A stretch of DNA of 41,959 bases from a virus (lineage: Duplodnaviria > Heunggongvirae > Uroviricota > Caudoviricetes). The stretch is from the IMG/VR virus record IMGVR_UViG_2690316153_000014, positions 1 to 41,959 of that record. One strand, 5' to 3'. Positions 21,675-30,098 of the stretch are shown piece after piece. Under the pieces are notes generated by a model. That model saw nothing but the letters and a program-made list of their open reading frames with translations. It was not told the DNA's origin and ran no database searches. The position numbers and the translations under genes were made by a program. Positions within the stretch are counted from its first letter, which is position 1. The number at the start of each line of letters is the position of its first letter.

Positions 21675-23393
21675 ATGATTTTTAGGGATAGCTTGAGAGT
21701 ATTACCTTATGGTCGAGTAGATAATGATTTCTTCCAGATAGAAGAAAGACGTTCATGGAATGCTGGGCGATATTATTGGTCTAATAGAAGGATTTTTGGT
21801 TATATTGGAATTACTCAATCCAGTAATAAAGAGCTGAAAGATAAGTCGGGGAGAGAGGGATTCATAAGAAACCAGGCTGCAAGAGAACTGAAAACTATTA
21901 TATCTAATTTGTTAACTGAACTTGCTGATAGATTTTTTGGTTCACGTTCTGATGACCGTAAAGAGCTTTTAGAACAAGTTAAGCGTGAAAAAGAGTTAAG
22001 AAAATCTGCTCAACAACAAGCTCGAAAATCAACACAAAAAAGTTTTTCAGAAGCTTTGAAGAATCAGACACCAGTTCTTGATGCTTCCTTGGAGGCTGTT
22101 AAAAGGCTGAAAACTAAGCTTGATAAAACTGATGGTTCGTTAGATTTAAACTATCTTAAAATTATAGACAGTGATCTTACAAACTTAGATGCGTTGCGCA
22201 GTGAAATTAAAACGCCTATCAAACCTCCAAAACTTGGAATGTATGAAGAGAAATATAGAGACTACAGAGATAAATTTAATGAGTTCTCTGCGTATATTCT
22301 ACAAATGAAGTTAGCAATTAATAAACTTGATTCTGAATTAAATAAACTTGAGCCTTCATTGTCAGCGAAAAATCACCTTGAAAAAAATCAAGGTATTATT
22401 AATTCTAAACTAACTAAGTTTAATAACACGATAGAGGAGAAGATACATTCTCTTTTAAAAAAATGGGCCGATGAAATAAAGGTTGATCGAAGTGATTATT
22501 ATGCTAAAACTATATCAGTTGTTGATTCAATAGATAATGATTCACAAATTGAAAATGTGTTTAATTTGCTCGATAGTTTATATGTTGAGTCAGTTGATAC
22601 CCTAACTTTCAAATATCAATCAATAATAAAAGGTCTCGATAGATTATTTGAAGGTATAAACTTAGATTCAGCATTCTCATTATCTGAAGAAGAACGCTCA
22701 TATTTTGAAGAAAAAGCTAAAAGTTTAAACGCGCTTGCACAGTTAGGTATTAGTGTTGAGATAATATCTCATGAACTTGAAGAAATGGATTCTATGGTAA
22801 CCAGAGGACTAAACTCTCTTCCTACTTCTGTAAAAGAACACCCTGGTTTTTCATTGGCGTTAAATGCTCACAGATCGCTTACTCAACAAATACGTTTCTT
22901 ATCACCTTTGAAAATATCAGGTTATCAATCCAGGCAGAGAATAACTGGAAAAAATATCATGGATTATGTCCTGAAGTTCTTTGGGGAGCGTTTCGAACGG
23001 CAACGAATAACTATTGAATTTAGTGAAGAGTTTAAGCAAATCGCAATAACAGATATACCATCAAGGATCTATCCTGTTTTTACTAATATTATCAACAATG
23101 CAATGTATTGGGTCAGTCTGTCAAATAATAGGCTCATAAAGATTGGTTTTGTGAATTCTTTGGTTATCATAGCAAATTCTGGTCCGGCAATTGATACCGA
23201 TGATATCCCGCGACTATTTGAACTATTTTATAGCAAAAGAGCAAATGGACATGGGGTAGGTCTGTATCTATGTCGAGAAAACCTTGCTGTTGCACATCAT
23301 AAAATATGGTATTCAGAACCTGATGAAGGCGATAACTATTTAATAAAAGATGGCGCTAATTTTGTGATCCAGTTCAATGGAGTGGAGTTCTAA
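21675..23393 (+). CDS. cytoplasmic histidine-kinase-like protein (coiled-coil N-terminal region, H-box-like ISHELEEM, C-terminal HATPase_c/GHKL domain); possibly 5'-truncated by IS3
   Basis: C-terminus carries N box (VFTNIINNAMYWV), G1 (IIANSGPAIDTDD), F (LFELFYSKR) and G2 (GHGVGLYLC) motifs. No transmembrane segment. The frame stays open upstream of the ATG back into the IS3 right end (stop at 21546-21548). AT-rich codon usage. Confidence 0.6.
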   Translation: MIFRDSLRVLPYGRVDNDFFQIEERRSWNAGRYYWSNRRIFGYIGITQSSNKELKDKSGREGFIRNQAARELKTIISNLLTELADRFFGSRSDDRKELLEQVKREKELRKSAQQQARKSTQKSFSEALKNQTPVLDASLEAVKRLKTKLDKTDGSLDLNYLKIIDSDLTNLDALRSEIKTPIKPPKLGMYEEKYRDYRDKFNEFSAYILQMKLAINKLDSELNKLEPSLSAKNHLEKNQGIINSKLTKFNNTIEEKIHSLLKKWADEIKVDRSDYYAKTISVVDSIDNDSQIENVFNLLDSLYVESVDTLTFKYQSIIKGLDRLFEGINLDSAFSLSEEERSYFEEKAKSLNALAQLGISVEIISHELEEMDSMVTRGLNSLPTSVKEHPGFSLALNAHRSLTQQIRFLSPLKISGYQSRQRITGKNIMDYVLKFFGERFERQRITIEFSEEFKQIAITDIPSRIYPVFTNIINNAMYWVSLSNNRLIKIGFVNSLVIIANSGPAIDTDDIPRLFELFYSKRANGHGVGLYLCRENLAVAHHKIWYSEPDEGDNYLIKDGANFVIQFNGVEF

Positions 23394-23394
23394 T

Positions 23395-25143
23395 ATGACA
23401 GTGGCAAATTATAATTCTCTTGTCCAGAAAACTTTCTGCGAAAATGCAATTCGTTCCGTTGTCATGATTGATGACGATTTTCTGACGTATTCTGAATCAA
23501 TCAGGGCGTTGAATAACGAAGTTGATTTAGACTACAACAAAATTGACTCATCTAAACGAGCCGCTACTCTTGAGAGCTTTTTTCAATCTAAAAATATGAT
23601 TTGTGATGTTGACAATGGTTCTGTTAATTTCGATGTGGATCGGATTAGAAAATCAGATCTTATTATTGTAGATTATCATCTTGATAATAATGCACCTGAT
23701 AAAACACTTAAACTATTACAAGATTTGAAAGACTCCGATCATTTAAATATGATTGTAATATATACTAGAGAGAATTTAGAAACGGTTTGGATGCAGATAT
23801 CATCGACTCTCAAAGGTGCTCTGGATATCAACAGCTTGATCATTGACTACGATAATGAAGATGTCCAAAGTTATTGGGAAGACGTTGTATTACCGAACTT
23901 AAATGATAATGGTAATAAAGCTCTCACAAGAGATGAAACAATAGCCTATATTAAAGACAGTAAGCCTTGTAGAAGAATTAAAAGATTAATACATGATGAT
24001 GCTGTGTTGGAGGATCAAAAGGATAAAAACTTCATTGCAAAAATGATTGCAGAATATGCTGTGTCTAGAAATGCAATTATTTCTAGCAACACATCTGGCA
24101 ATGTCATTCGGGGTGATGAAAGCGGAGTAAAATGGATTCAATGTGGTAATATCTTTGTCTCCCTATTTCATAAGGTTCAAGATGATCATGAAAACGATGG
24201 AGATAGGATTTGGCAAACTCTCAATGATTCTCTCATTGAATGGAAACCATCTTATTATCAGTTAATAAAATCTGAAATTCAGAATGCAATCGAAGCTGAG
24301 GCTTTATCTTTTGTAAATCATTTGGCTAACGATCATTACGGTCAAGCTGCGTGGTTAAATGAGATATTAAAATCAGACTCGCCTGATATTAGATGTAGAA
24401 ATATTGACTTTGTATTTGGTAATTTATCAGAAGAGCTTTATCAAAGACTTAAAAATAATAATACGCTGGATGAATTTATCAAAAGTGTTTTTGATAGCTA
24501 TTCAAATGAATACGCTAACAGCGGAGTTGCTGCATTGCTCCAATATTGCTCTTCAAAAATGGATCTGCCATCAAATAATGATACTTATCACGAAATGTAT
24601 CATGCTTTAAATATGAATTTGTCTTCAAAGAATTTTGAAGATGGTCATATTTCTACTGGCACTATTTTCTTTGATACAGAGTCGAACAAATGGTATTTAT
24701 GTGTATCTGCGGCATGTGATTTGGTTCCTACTCAGGGTAACGACCCTCACCATGTAAGATTAAGTCCGCACAGGCTCATTAAAGTTCTGGAGCTTTTTAA
24801 CGCCAGTCAGAGTAAAGCATTGCCATTTGCTGAACATTCGAAATATATATATGTAATGCATAAAAATCAAAGAAAATATCTCTCTATTTTCGAAGGGGAT
24901 AAAACGCTTCCTGTTGTTGATTATATGGTGGTGTTGAATCATGGAACAACAGTTGATGGCGAAGAAAAAAATATTATTTCTGCCGTGTTTTTAAGTAATA
25001 TGGATGGCAACGTGCAAAATGTTCCTGTCCGACTCAAACTTAAATCTCAACTGAGAACTGGTTATGCAGAAAGATATCAGGCTATAGCGTCTCAGTATAG
25101 CTCAAGGATTGGTGTGGATTATGTATCAATGATGCTACCATAA
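23395..25143 (+). CDS. response-regulator-like protein: N-terminal receiver (REC) domain plus a roughly 440-aa C-terminal domain of unknown function
   Basis: REC hallmarks: acidic cluster VVMIDDDF, candidate phospho-acceptor Asp in LIIVDYHLD, conserved Thr in MIVIYTRE. GGAG Shine-Dalgarno 7 nt upstream; the ATG lies 2 nt after the kinase stop (an alternative in-frame ATG is at 23377). I recognise no DNA-binding or enzymatic motif in the C-terminal domain. Confidence 0.6.
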   Translation: MTVANYNSLVQKTFCENAIRSVVMIDDDFLTYSESIRALNNEVDLDYNKIDSSKRAATLESFFQSKNMICDVDNGSVNFDVDRIRKSDLIIVDYHLDNNAPDKTLKLLQDLKDSDHLNMIVIYTRENLETVWMQISSTLKGALDINSLIIDYDNEDVQSYWEDVVLPNLNDNGNKALTRDETIAYIKDSKPCRRIKRLIHDDAVLEDQKDKNFIAKMIAEYAVSRNAIISSNTSGNVIRGDESGVKWIQCGNIFVSLFHKVQDDHENDGDRIWQTLNDSLIEWKPSYYQLIKSEIQNAIEAEALSFVNHLANDHYGQAAWLNEILKSDSPDIRCRNIDFVFGNLSEELYQRLKNNNTLDEFIKSVFDSYSNEYANSGVAALLQYCSSKMDLPSNNDTYHEMYHALNMNLSSKNFEDGHISTGTIFFDTESNKWYLCVSAACDLVPTQGNDPHHVRLSPHRLIKVLELFNASQSKALPFAEHSKYIYVMHKNQRKYLSIFEGDKTLPVVDYMVVLNHGTTVDGEEKNIISAVFLSNMDGNVQNVPVRLKLKSQLRTGYAERYQAIASQYSSRIGVDYVSMMLP

Positions 25144-25215
25144 TTATTATATTTTAGGCGTGGTGATTTTTTTTTCGCCATGCCTATTTTATATTTATCA
25201 TCACAATGATGTTGT

Positions 25216-25632
25216 TTATTTTTGTTTAAGTCTTCTAAGCTTCATGCATTCTAATGAGAATAATAATAGAGTTGTGCTGTATATAAAGCCAGAGTTAGTT
25301 AATAACTTTAAATTTAATGCTTCAGGATTTTCACTGAGAAAGTGAAAGGCATAAACTAAGTATACAGCTAAAGTAGCCGTTCCAATTGTTGGTCCAATAT
25401 CGCCTTGATCATGAGGTTCAAGGTTTACATTGAACTTGAAGATTAGCCATTCAAATCCCCAAGTAAAAAAAACAACTAATATCATGGCTGCGAATAATTT
25501 CGCGATGTTATCTGCTGATGGATTCATCAGAACAGATTGTTTCTGAAAAAATTCACAAAGTGAGAGTCCGAAAAAAATAAAAAAAAGTGGTCTGGAACTA
25601 AATTTTTCAAAAACTTTGAATAGGGTTTCCAT
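25216..25632 (-). CDS. small integral membrane protein (about 4 predicted TM helices), unknown function
   Basis: 138-aa ORF with four hydrophobic stretches; AT-rich; sits between the REC-protein gene and the integrase. Confidence 0.45.
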   Translation of the reverse strand: METLFKVFEKFSSRPLFFIFFGLSLCEFFQKQSVLMNPSADNIAKLFAAMILVVFFTWGFEWLIFKFNVNLEPHDQGDIGPTIGTATLAVYLVYAFHFLSENPEALNLKLLTNSGFIYSTTLLLFSLECMKLRRLKQK

Positions 25633-25670
25633 TTTCTTTACCTTCAGGATTATATTAGCTATTCTGATAC

Positions 25671-26900
25671 TTAGGCTACCAGAGCATTTGATCTTTGAGC
25701 TTGAACGTAATCACTCCACCATTGCATCAAACTCTGTCGCTCTATCAGATATTCTGCACGATTGTATGCTGCGATAATTTCATCTTTTTTCGAGTGGGCA
25801 AGCGCTGCCTCAAGAACTTCAGCTCTGAATTTACCAGACTCCTCTGCCGCTGTTCGTGCAATAGAACGCATACCGTGAGCTACAAGCTCGCCTCCGAACC
25901 CCATTCGGATGATAGCTGCGTTGGCTGTTTGTTCATGCATATGATTAAGAGGCGCTTTTATGCTGGGGAAAACCCATTCTCTATGCCCACTTATTGATTT
26001 CATTAATTCAAGGATGCGCAAAGCTTCTTTACTCAAAGGAACTTTGTGAAGCTTTTTCATTTTCATGAAATCAGCAGGAATGTTCCAAATGCTGTTGGTT
26101 GTATCAATATCAGACCACCTTGCGCGAACGGCTTCACCCGGACGAACCCATGTCAACAATTGCCATTCAATTAGCATACGTGTTTCCAACCGGATTGACG
26201 CATTCGTCAAAGATTCCATAAACCTTGGCAATTCGCTTGGGGGAAGGGCAGGCATATTTTGCTTTTTTGGTTTACTGAATCTTTGACCAAGGTTGTCAGC
26301 CGGGTTGAACTCAATAAGTTCTTCAGTAGCTGCCCACCGGAAGATTTCATTCAGACGTGAAATGATACGGCGTAGAGTTTCCAATACGCCTCGTTGCTCA
26401 ATAGGATCAAGGTGTTGTTTTAAGAGCTTAGGTCGGATCTCATTGATAGGGACATTACCCAGACCGGGAAAGACATTTCTCTCTAAGCTGCGCCAGATGT
26501 CTGCTGCATGGTCTTGTGAGATACCTGATGTCTTTACCTTCTCATCTAACCATTTCCGCGCTACGGCTTGGAGAGTGTGCTCAGTAGCACTCTTTAATGC
26601 CTTCGCCTTATCGTTGTTATGGATTTGGGGATCAACACCATTTGCCAGAAAGGAGAGATATTCATCACGTAAGGCTCTGGCTCTTGCAAGGGTAAGGTGA
26701 GGATATGTCCCAAGGCTCATTTTGGTTCTTTTCTTGCTCACTGGTACTGTATACCTGAAATACCAATTTTTCTTGCCTCCTTTCGCCAAAGGAGCGATTC
26801 GTAGAATCAGACCATCACCGTCAAACAAGTTGATTTCTTTATCGGCTGGCTTGGTGCTTTTGATTTCAGTGTCAGTGAGCTTCTTAGCGATTTTTGCCAT
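25671..26900 (-). CDS. P4-type (CP4-57 IntA-like) tyrosine integrase
   Basis: N-terminal arm-binding region MAKIAKKLTDTEIKSTKPADKEINLFDGDGL...WYFRY and C-terminal catalytic region with HxxR and terminal Tyr. Start set at the Met with a GAGG Shine-Dalgarno (track ORF begins 14 codons earlier at 26942). Confidence 0.8.
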   Translation of the reverse strand: MAKIAKKLTDTEIKSTKPADKEINLFDGDGLILRIAPLAKGGKKNWYFRYTVPVSKKRTKMSLGTYPHLTLARARALRDEYLSFLANGVDPQIHNNDKAKALKSATEHTLQAVARKWLDEKVKTSGISQDHAADIWRSLERNVFPGLGNVPINEIRPKLLKQHLDPIEQRGVLETLRRIISRLNEIFRWAATEELIEFNPADNLGQRFSKPKKQNMPALPPSELPRFMESLTNASIRLETRMLIEWQLLTWVRPGEAVRARWSDIDTTNSIWNIPADFMKMKKLHKVPLSKEALRILELMKSISGHREWVFPSIKAPLNHMHEQTANAAIIRMGFGGELVAHGMRSIARTAAEESGKFRAEVLEAALAHSKKDEIIAAYNRAEYLIERQSLMQWWSDYVQAQRSNALVA

Positions 26901-27065
26901 TTTGGGACCCTCGGTTTTTGGACCCTTCTTAGTGGGTCCCATTCAGGGTGCCATAACTCGTAGTTCTCAGCAATTCTCACTGGACGACAATAGACGTAAA
27001 AAAGCCCGCAGAGCTTGTGCTGTGTGGGCTTAGTAGACTTCATTGAACTTCAAACAACTAAAAAG

Positions 27066-27100
27066 TGGTGGAGCTGGCGGGAGTTGAACCCGTATCCGAA
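27066..27100 (-). repeat. attachment-site-like repeat resembling the 3' end of ssrA (tmRNA), not a complete RNA gene
   Basis: Reverse complement reads TTCGGATACGGGTTCAACTCCCGCCAGCTCCACCA (T-arm, acceptor 3' strand, CCA), close to the E. coli ssrA 3' end as I remember it. Upstream sequence has no tag-coding or 5' acceptor region. Lies 166 bp upstream of the P4-type integrase start. Confidence 0.6.
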
Positions 27101-27358
27101 AAATTCTTAACCAATTGAATATTAATGATTTTTCTAATTTAAAATACCTCACGTGCATTTTACGTGCATATTGTAGTACCTCTAACGTCCTGATTCTGTC
27201 CAACATTTTGAAGTGTTTAGGCGCCACTGGGGCGGTGATTAGCGCTGTTTTGTGCTGTTCATAGCACTTCAAGACTATTCAATTCAGAGCAATCGTTGAA
27301 GAATTACCCGTAAGGTAATATCATACTATTTAGGTAACTGCGGTTATCACCATCAAGG

Positions 27359-27394
27359 GCCACTGATGACGCTGTTATCATCAGTGGCTTTTTG
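27359..27394 (+). terminator. strong plus-strand intrinsic terminator (perfect 11-bp stem) upstream of the two-gene cassette
   Basis: GCCACTGATGA (27359-27369), 8-nt loop, TCATCAGTGGC (27378-27388), then TTTTT. No U-run on the opposite strand. Confidence 0.55.
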
Positions 27395-27435
27395 TACCTT
27401 CACTGCACAGCCAGTGAAGTGTTGAGGAGACTAGC

Positions 27436-27777
27436 ATGAGAACAGTAGCGAGAAGATCGATACAGACGATTGAGCGTCGGACTCAACTCGTCAGTTCTTT
27501 TGTTGACTCAAACACAGCAAACGAGTTCTTCGTGAGAAGACTGAGTGATCGTGTCTCCCCGGCACGTCAGCTGTTTATTGTGACATTGAACAATGAGGTT
27601 CGTGACGGTGACGTGATCCCGTTCGCTGAGATCGCCATGAACAAAGAAAAATTGCGCTATGTTGTGAAGCCAGCAGATCAGTATCCTCAGTATGTAAGCA
27701 GTAATCTGCTGAAGAAAATTGAAGCGGCAATTGCTCTATACATGCAGAAGAACTACAGGGAAATTAACTACCATTAA
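27436..27777 (+). CDS. hypothetical protein (113 aa), first gene of a two-gene cassette
   Basis: ORF preceded by GAGGAG Shine-Dalgarno (27424-27429); 11-bp gap to the next gene; I recognise no motif. Confidence 0.5.
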   Translation: MRTVARRSIQTIERRTQLVSSFVDSNTANEFFVRRLSDRVSPARQLFIVTLNNEVRDGDVIPFAEIAMNKEKLRYVVKPADQYPQYVSSNLLKKIEAAIALYMQKNYREINYH

Positions 27778-27788
27778 AAGGTTGCTGA

Positions 27789-28556
27789 ATGGCTCCTGCG
27801 TTAATACCTTCATATAACAAGGACTTGAACATTACGCCATTTGGCGAAAAACGTCTTATTGAGTCATTCTATTTTTTCACTGCCGAGGCTGGCTTACTGA
27901 GGGCTGATGAGTACATTGTCAGTTCTGGTGAGTTTCAGTACTACTTGGATGTGTATCAACTGGGATGTTCCACCGACGACTTTTTTTTAGACTATGGCAG
28001 TGACCTTCTTGATTCGAAGGTTCCAATGCAGGATCTGGTCAATACCCTCTTGGGTCTTGATATGGTAGACGATAACAAAACGATAAGAATAGGTCGTATA
28101 CAGTTCAACGACTTTAATTTTATCGAAGAGAACGGTCAGATGATGACCGGAAAGCAAGTGAAAAGCGCTGTTATCGCACAGGATTTCCAATCAGCAGGTT
28201 TGGCGCGTGAGATCTATAAAATGCTTGCGCGAAAGCATGAGTTTCTCATCTGCGATAACATTCAAAGTATTGCCGGTGGTGCTCTTTGGGCTAGTAGCAT
28301 CATTCGAATTGCCGAGGTACGGATCTACAATTCACGCACGAAGAAATTTATGGACATACTTGGTCCAGGTGCGCGTGGCGTTTCAGGTACTTTGCCATGG
28401 AGTGCGAATGATCTGTCTGTAGATGAGATTGTTCGCTGGGGTCGTGCGTATGATGATGAAAACTGTTGTCGTCACATTGTACATGTTATCTGTAAGGACC
28501 GACTCATTGACGATCAATTTCATGATTATGTTTCGATAGGTGGCGCGACAGAATAA
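27789..28556 (+). CDS. hypothetical protein (255 aa), second gene of the cassette
   Basis: Coding-like composition, tightly linked to the upstream ORF, followed by a terminator; no recognised domain. Confidence 0.5.
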   Translation: MAPALIPSYNKDLNITPFGEKRLIESFYFFTAEAGLLRADEYIVSSGEFQYYLDVYQLGCSTDDFFLDYGSDLLDSKVPMQDLVNTLLGLDMVDDNKTIRIGRIQFNDFNFIEENGQMMTGKQVKSAVIAQDFQSAGLAREIYKMLARKHEFLICDNIQSIAGGALWASSIIRIAEVRIYNSRTKKFMDILGPGARGVSGTLPWSANDLSVDEIVRWGRAYDDENCCRHIVHVICKDRLIDDQFHDYVSIGGATE

Positions 28557-28561
28557 CCATC

Positions 28562-28590
28562 AAAAAGACCCGGCATTTGCCGGGTTTTTT
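28562..28590. terminator. bidirectional intrinsic terminator between the cassette and the prophage integrase
   Basis: A-run, stem ACCCGGC/GCCGGGT (28568-28574 with 28579-28585), loop ATTT, T-run; works on both strands. Confidence 0.65.
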
Positions 28591-28597
28591 CTTCAAA

Positions 28598-29776
28598 TCA
28601 CTTCTTCATTCCAGATTCCATTGCGGTTTTCCCGTCGTATTCAGCCAGGTATTTACCGTAATTGCGGAACAGCATTTCCGGCCCCTTATGCCCCATCTGC
28701 CCGGCAAGCCAGAAAAGGTTTACACCCTGGCTAATGTGTCTGGTGGCGAATGTGTGGCGCGTCTGGTACGGGTTACGGTAGCGCACACCAGCTTTTTTCA
28801 GGGTCGGCACCCATGCTTTTTTACGGATAGCGTCGGCGTTCGTCCAGGGATCTCCCGTTTTCGGATCGCTGAATATGAACTCACTTTTCATAAAGGTGTA
28901 TTGCTTCTGCGCCTGCAGGGCCGCCAGCGCCTCACTGTTCAGCTCCACCTTACGGGTACCGGCTTTTGTCTTGGTGCCTTTAAGTACCCCTACGACACTG
29001 GCCGCCTGTATGTGCGCTGTATTACCTATAAAGTCGATATCGGTCCAACGTAATGCGCATAGCTCAGAGCTGCGTAGCCCTGTATTGAAGGCGAAGCGGA
29101 ACAGATTCTGCCATTCCTGATACTTGCAGTGCTGATATATGGCACTGGTTTCCGCAGGCGCAAACGGATCAACTTCGTAATCGTCGGCGTTCGGTTTACT
29201 GTCGACCACGTGATACCGGCTGGCGCTGACAAGAGTTACCGGGTTAATAGTCAACAGGCCATCAGTTACAGCCTCATCAATGGCGCTGCGCAGAAATGAC
29301 AGGTTATTCCTGATTGTTTTCAGCTTAGTTTTTCGGCTGGCTATCCAATTTTTTAGTACCGCAGGCGTCAATTCTGTTACATGTAGTTTATGTAGTTCTG
29401 ATAGTGCTGATAGACATTTTTCGTAACCGCCAATGGTTGACGGCGACAGATTGCGGTTCATGCAAATTTTCAGGTATTCATCAAGATAGGACTTAATATT
29501 TTTGGTTTTCTTTACTACACCGAATAACTCCAGTTTTTTGGAACTGGGGAAATATTTCGCATATTCAAACGTTCCGCTGGCGATCTGATTTTGTATCTCC
29601 CCTAGCAGGCGCTCAGCATATTTAATACCACGTGTATTTGCCTCAAGCCGAGACAGGGGCTCCCTGCAAAGAACCCCTTTATATGTGAAAGTGATAACTA
29701 GTGTTGAAGCAGTTTTATGCTTACGAATAGTTACTCCTCTTGGCAGAGATAATAATCCTTGTTCTTTCTTGCCCAT
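28598..29776 (-). CDS. lambdoid prophage tyrosine integrase
   Basis: 392-aa ORF with catalytic-domain residues (R in LRSSELCALRW, HTFATRH, terminal Tyr region); an excisionase-like ORF overlaps its start, as in lambda int-xis. Confidence 0.8.
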   Translation of the reverse strand: MGKKEQGLLSLPRGVTIRKHKTASTLVITFTYKGVLCREPLSRLEANTRGIKYAERLLGEIQNQIASGTFEYAKYFPSSKKLELFGVVKKTKNIKSYLDEYLKICMNRNLSPSTIGGYEKCLSALSELHKLHVTELTPAVLKNWIASRKTKLKTIRNNLSFLRSAIDEAVTDGLLTINPVTLVSASRYHVVDSKPNADDYEVDPFAPAETSAIYQHCKYQEWQNLFRFAFNTGLRSSELCALRWTDIDFIGNTAHIQAASVVGVLKGTKTKAGTRKVELNSEALAALQAQKQYTFMKSEFIFSDPKTGDPWTNADAIRKKAWVPTLKKAGVRYRNPYQTRHTFATRHISQGVNLFWLAGQMGHKGPEMLFRNYGKYLAEYDGKTAMESGMKK

Positions 29777-29940
29777 TTTGAAACCTCTATTAAGTCGACC
29801 CAGCGTTCTTTAACTCCGTCGACTTTTAATACATGAACCCCTTCTTTCCATATTCCTCTTTGTATCCGTTTGTTAACGGCATCAACCGTTTCTCCCGCGT
29901 CGCGGCAGTAGGTTGATATAGGCACGCAATCCAGCCCCAT
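29731..29940 (-). CDS. putative excisionase (Xis-like)
   Basis: 69-aa ORF overlapping the integrase start by 46 nt; small basic winged-helix-like composition; called from position only. Confidence 0.45.
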   Translation of the reverse strand: MGLDCVPISTYCRDAGETVDAVNKRIQRGIWKEGVHVLKVDGVKERWVDLIEVSKWARKNKDYYLCQEE

Positions 29941-30098
29941 ACATCACCTCACATAACACTCAGCCCACGGCAGTGGCACCACACGTCAAACATTCGCTTC
30001 ACAACTTCACGACAGTAGAAGCCGTCAACATCTCGCGTCAGGTCATAGCGATTGCCGTAACGCTGGTGGACCCATTGTTCAAATGCTTTATTCATTCT

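Noticed and set aside
21675-25143. Calling the kinase/receiver pair a Detocs system
   Set aside because: Detocs as described has three genes including an Hpt phosphotransfer protein and a nucleosidase-type effector. There is no Hpt ORF here (the two genes are only 2 nt apart) and the output domain is unassigned, so I call it only a Detocs-like candidate.
27063-27440. Complete tmRNA (ssrA) or tRNA gene on the minus strand
   Set aside because: Only the last 35 nt or so resemble the ssrA 3' end; there is no tag-peptide reading frame and no 5' acceptor complement (GGGGCTG-like) upstream, so it is an att-type fragment, not an RNA gene.
29731-29940. Assigning the excisionase candidate to a specific named Xis family
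   Set aside because: The call rests on size, basic composition and overlap with the integrase start only; I could not confirm sequence similarity to a known Xis, so the product name is left generic.
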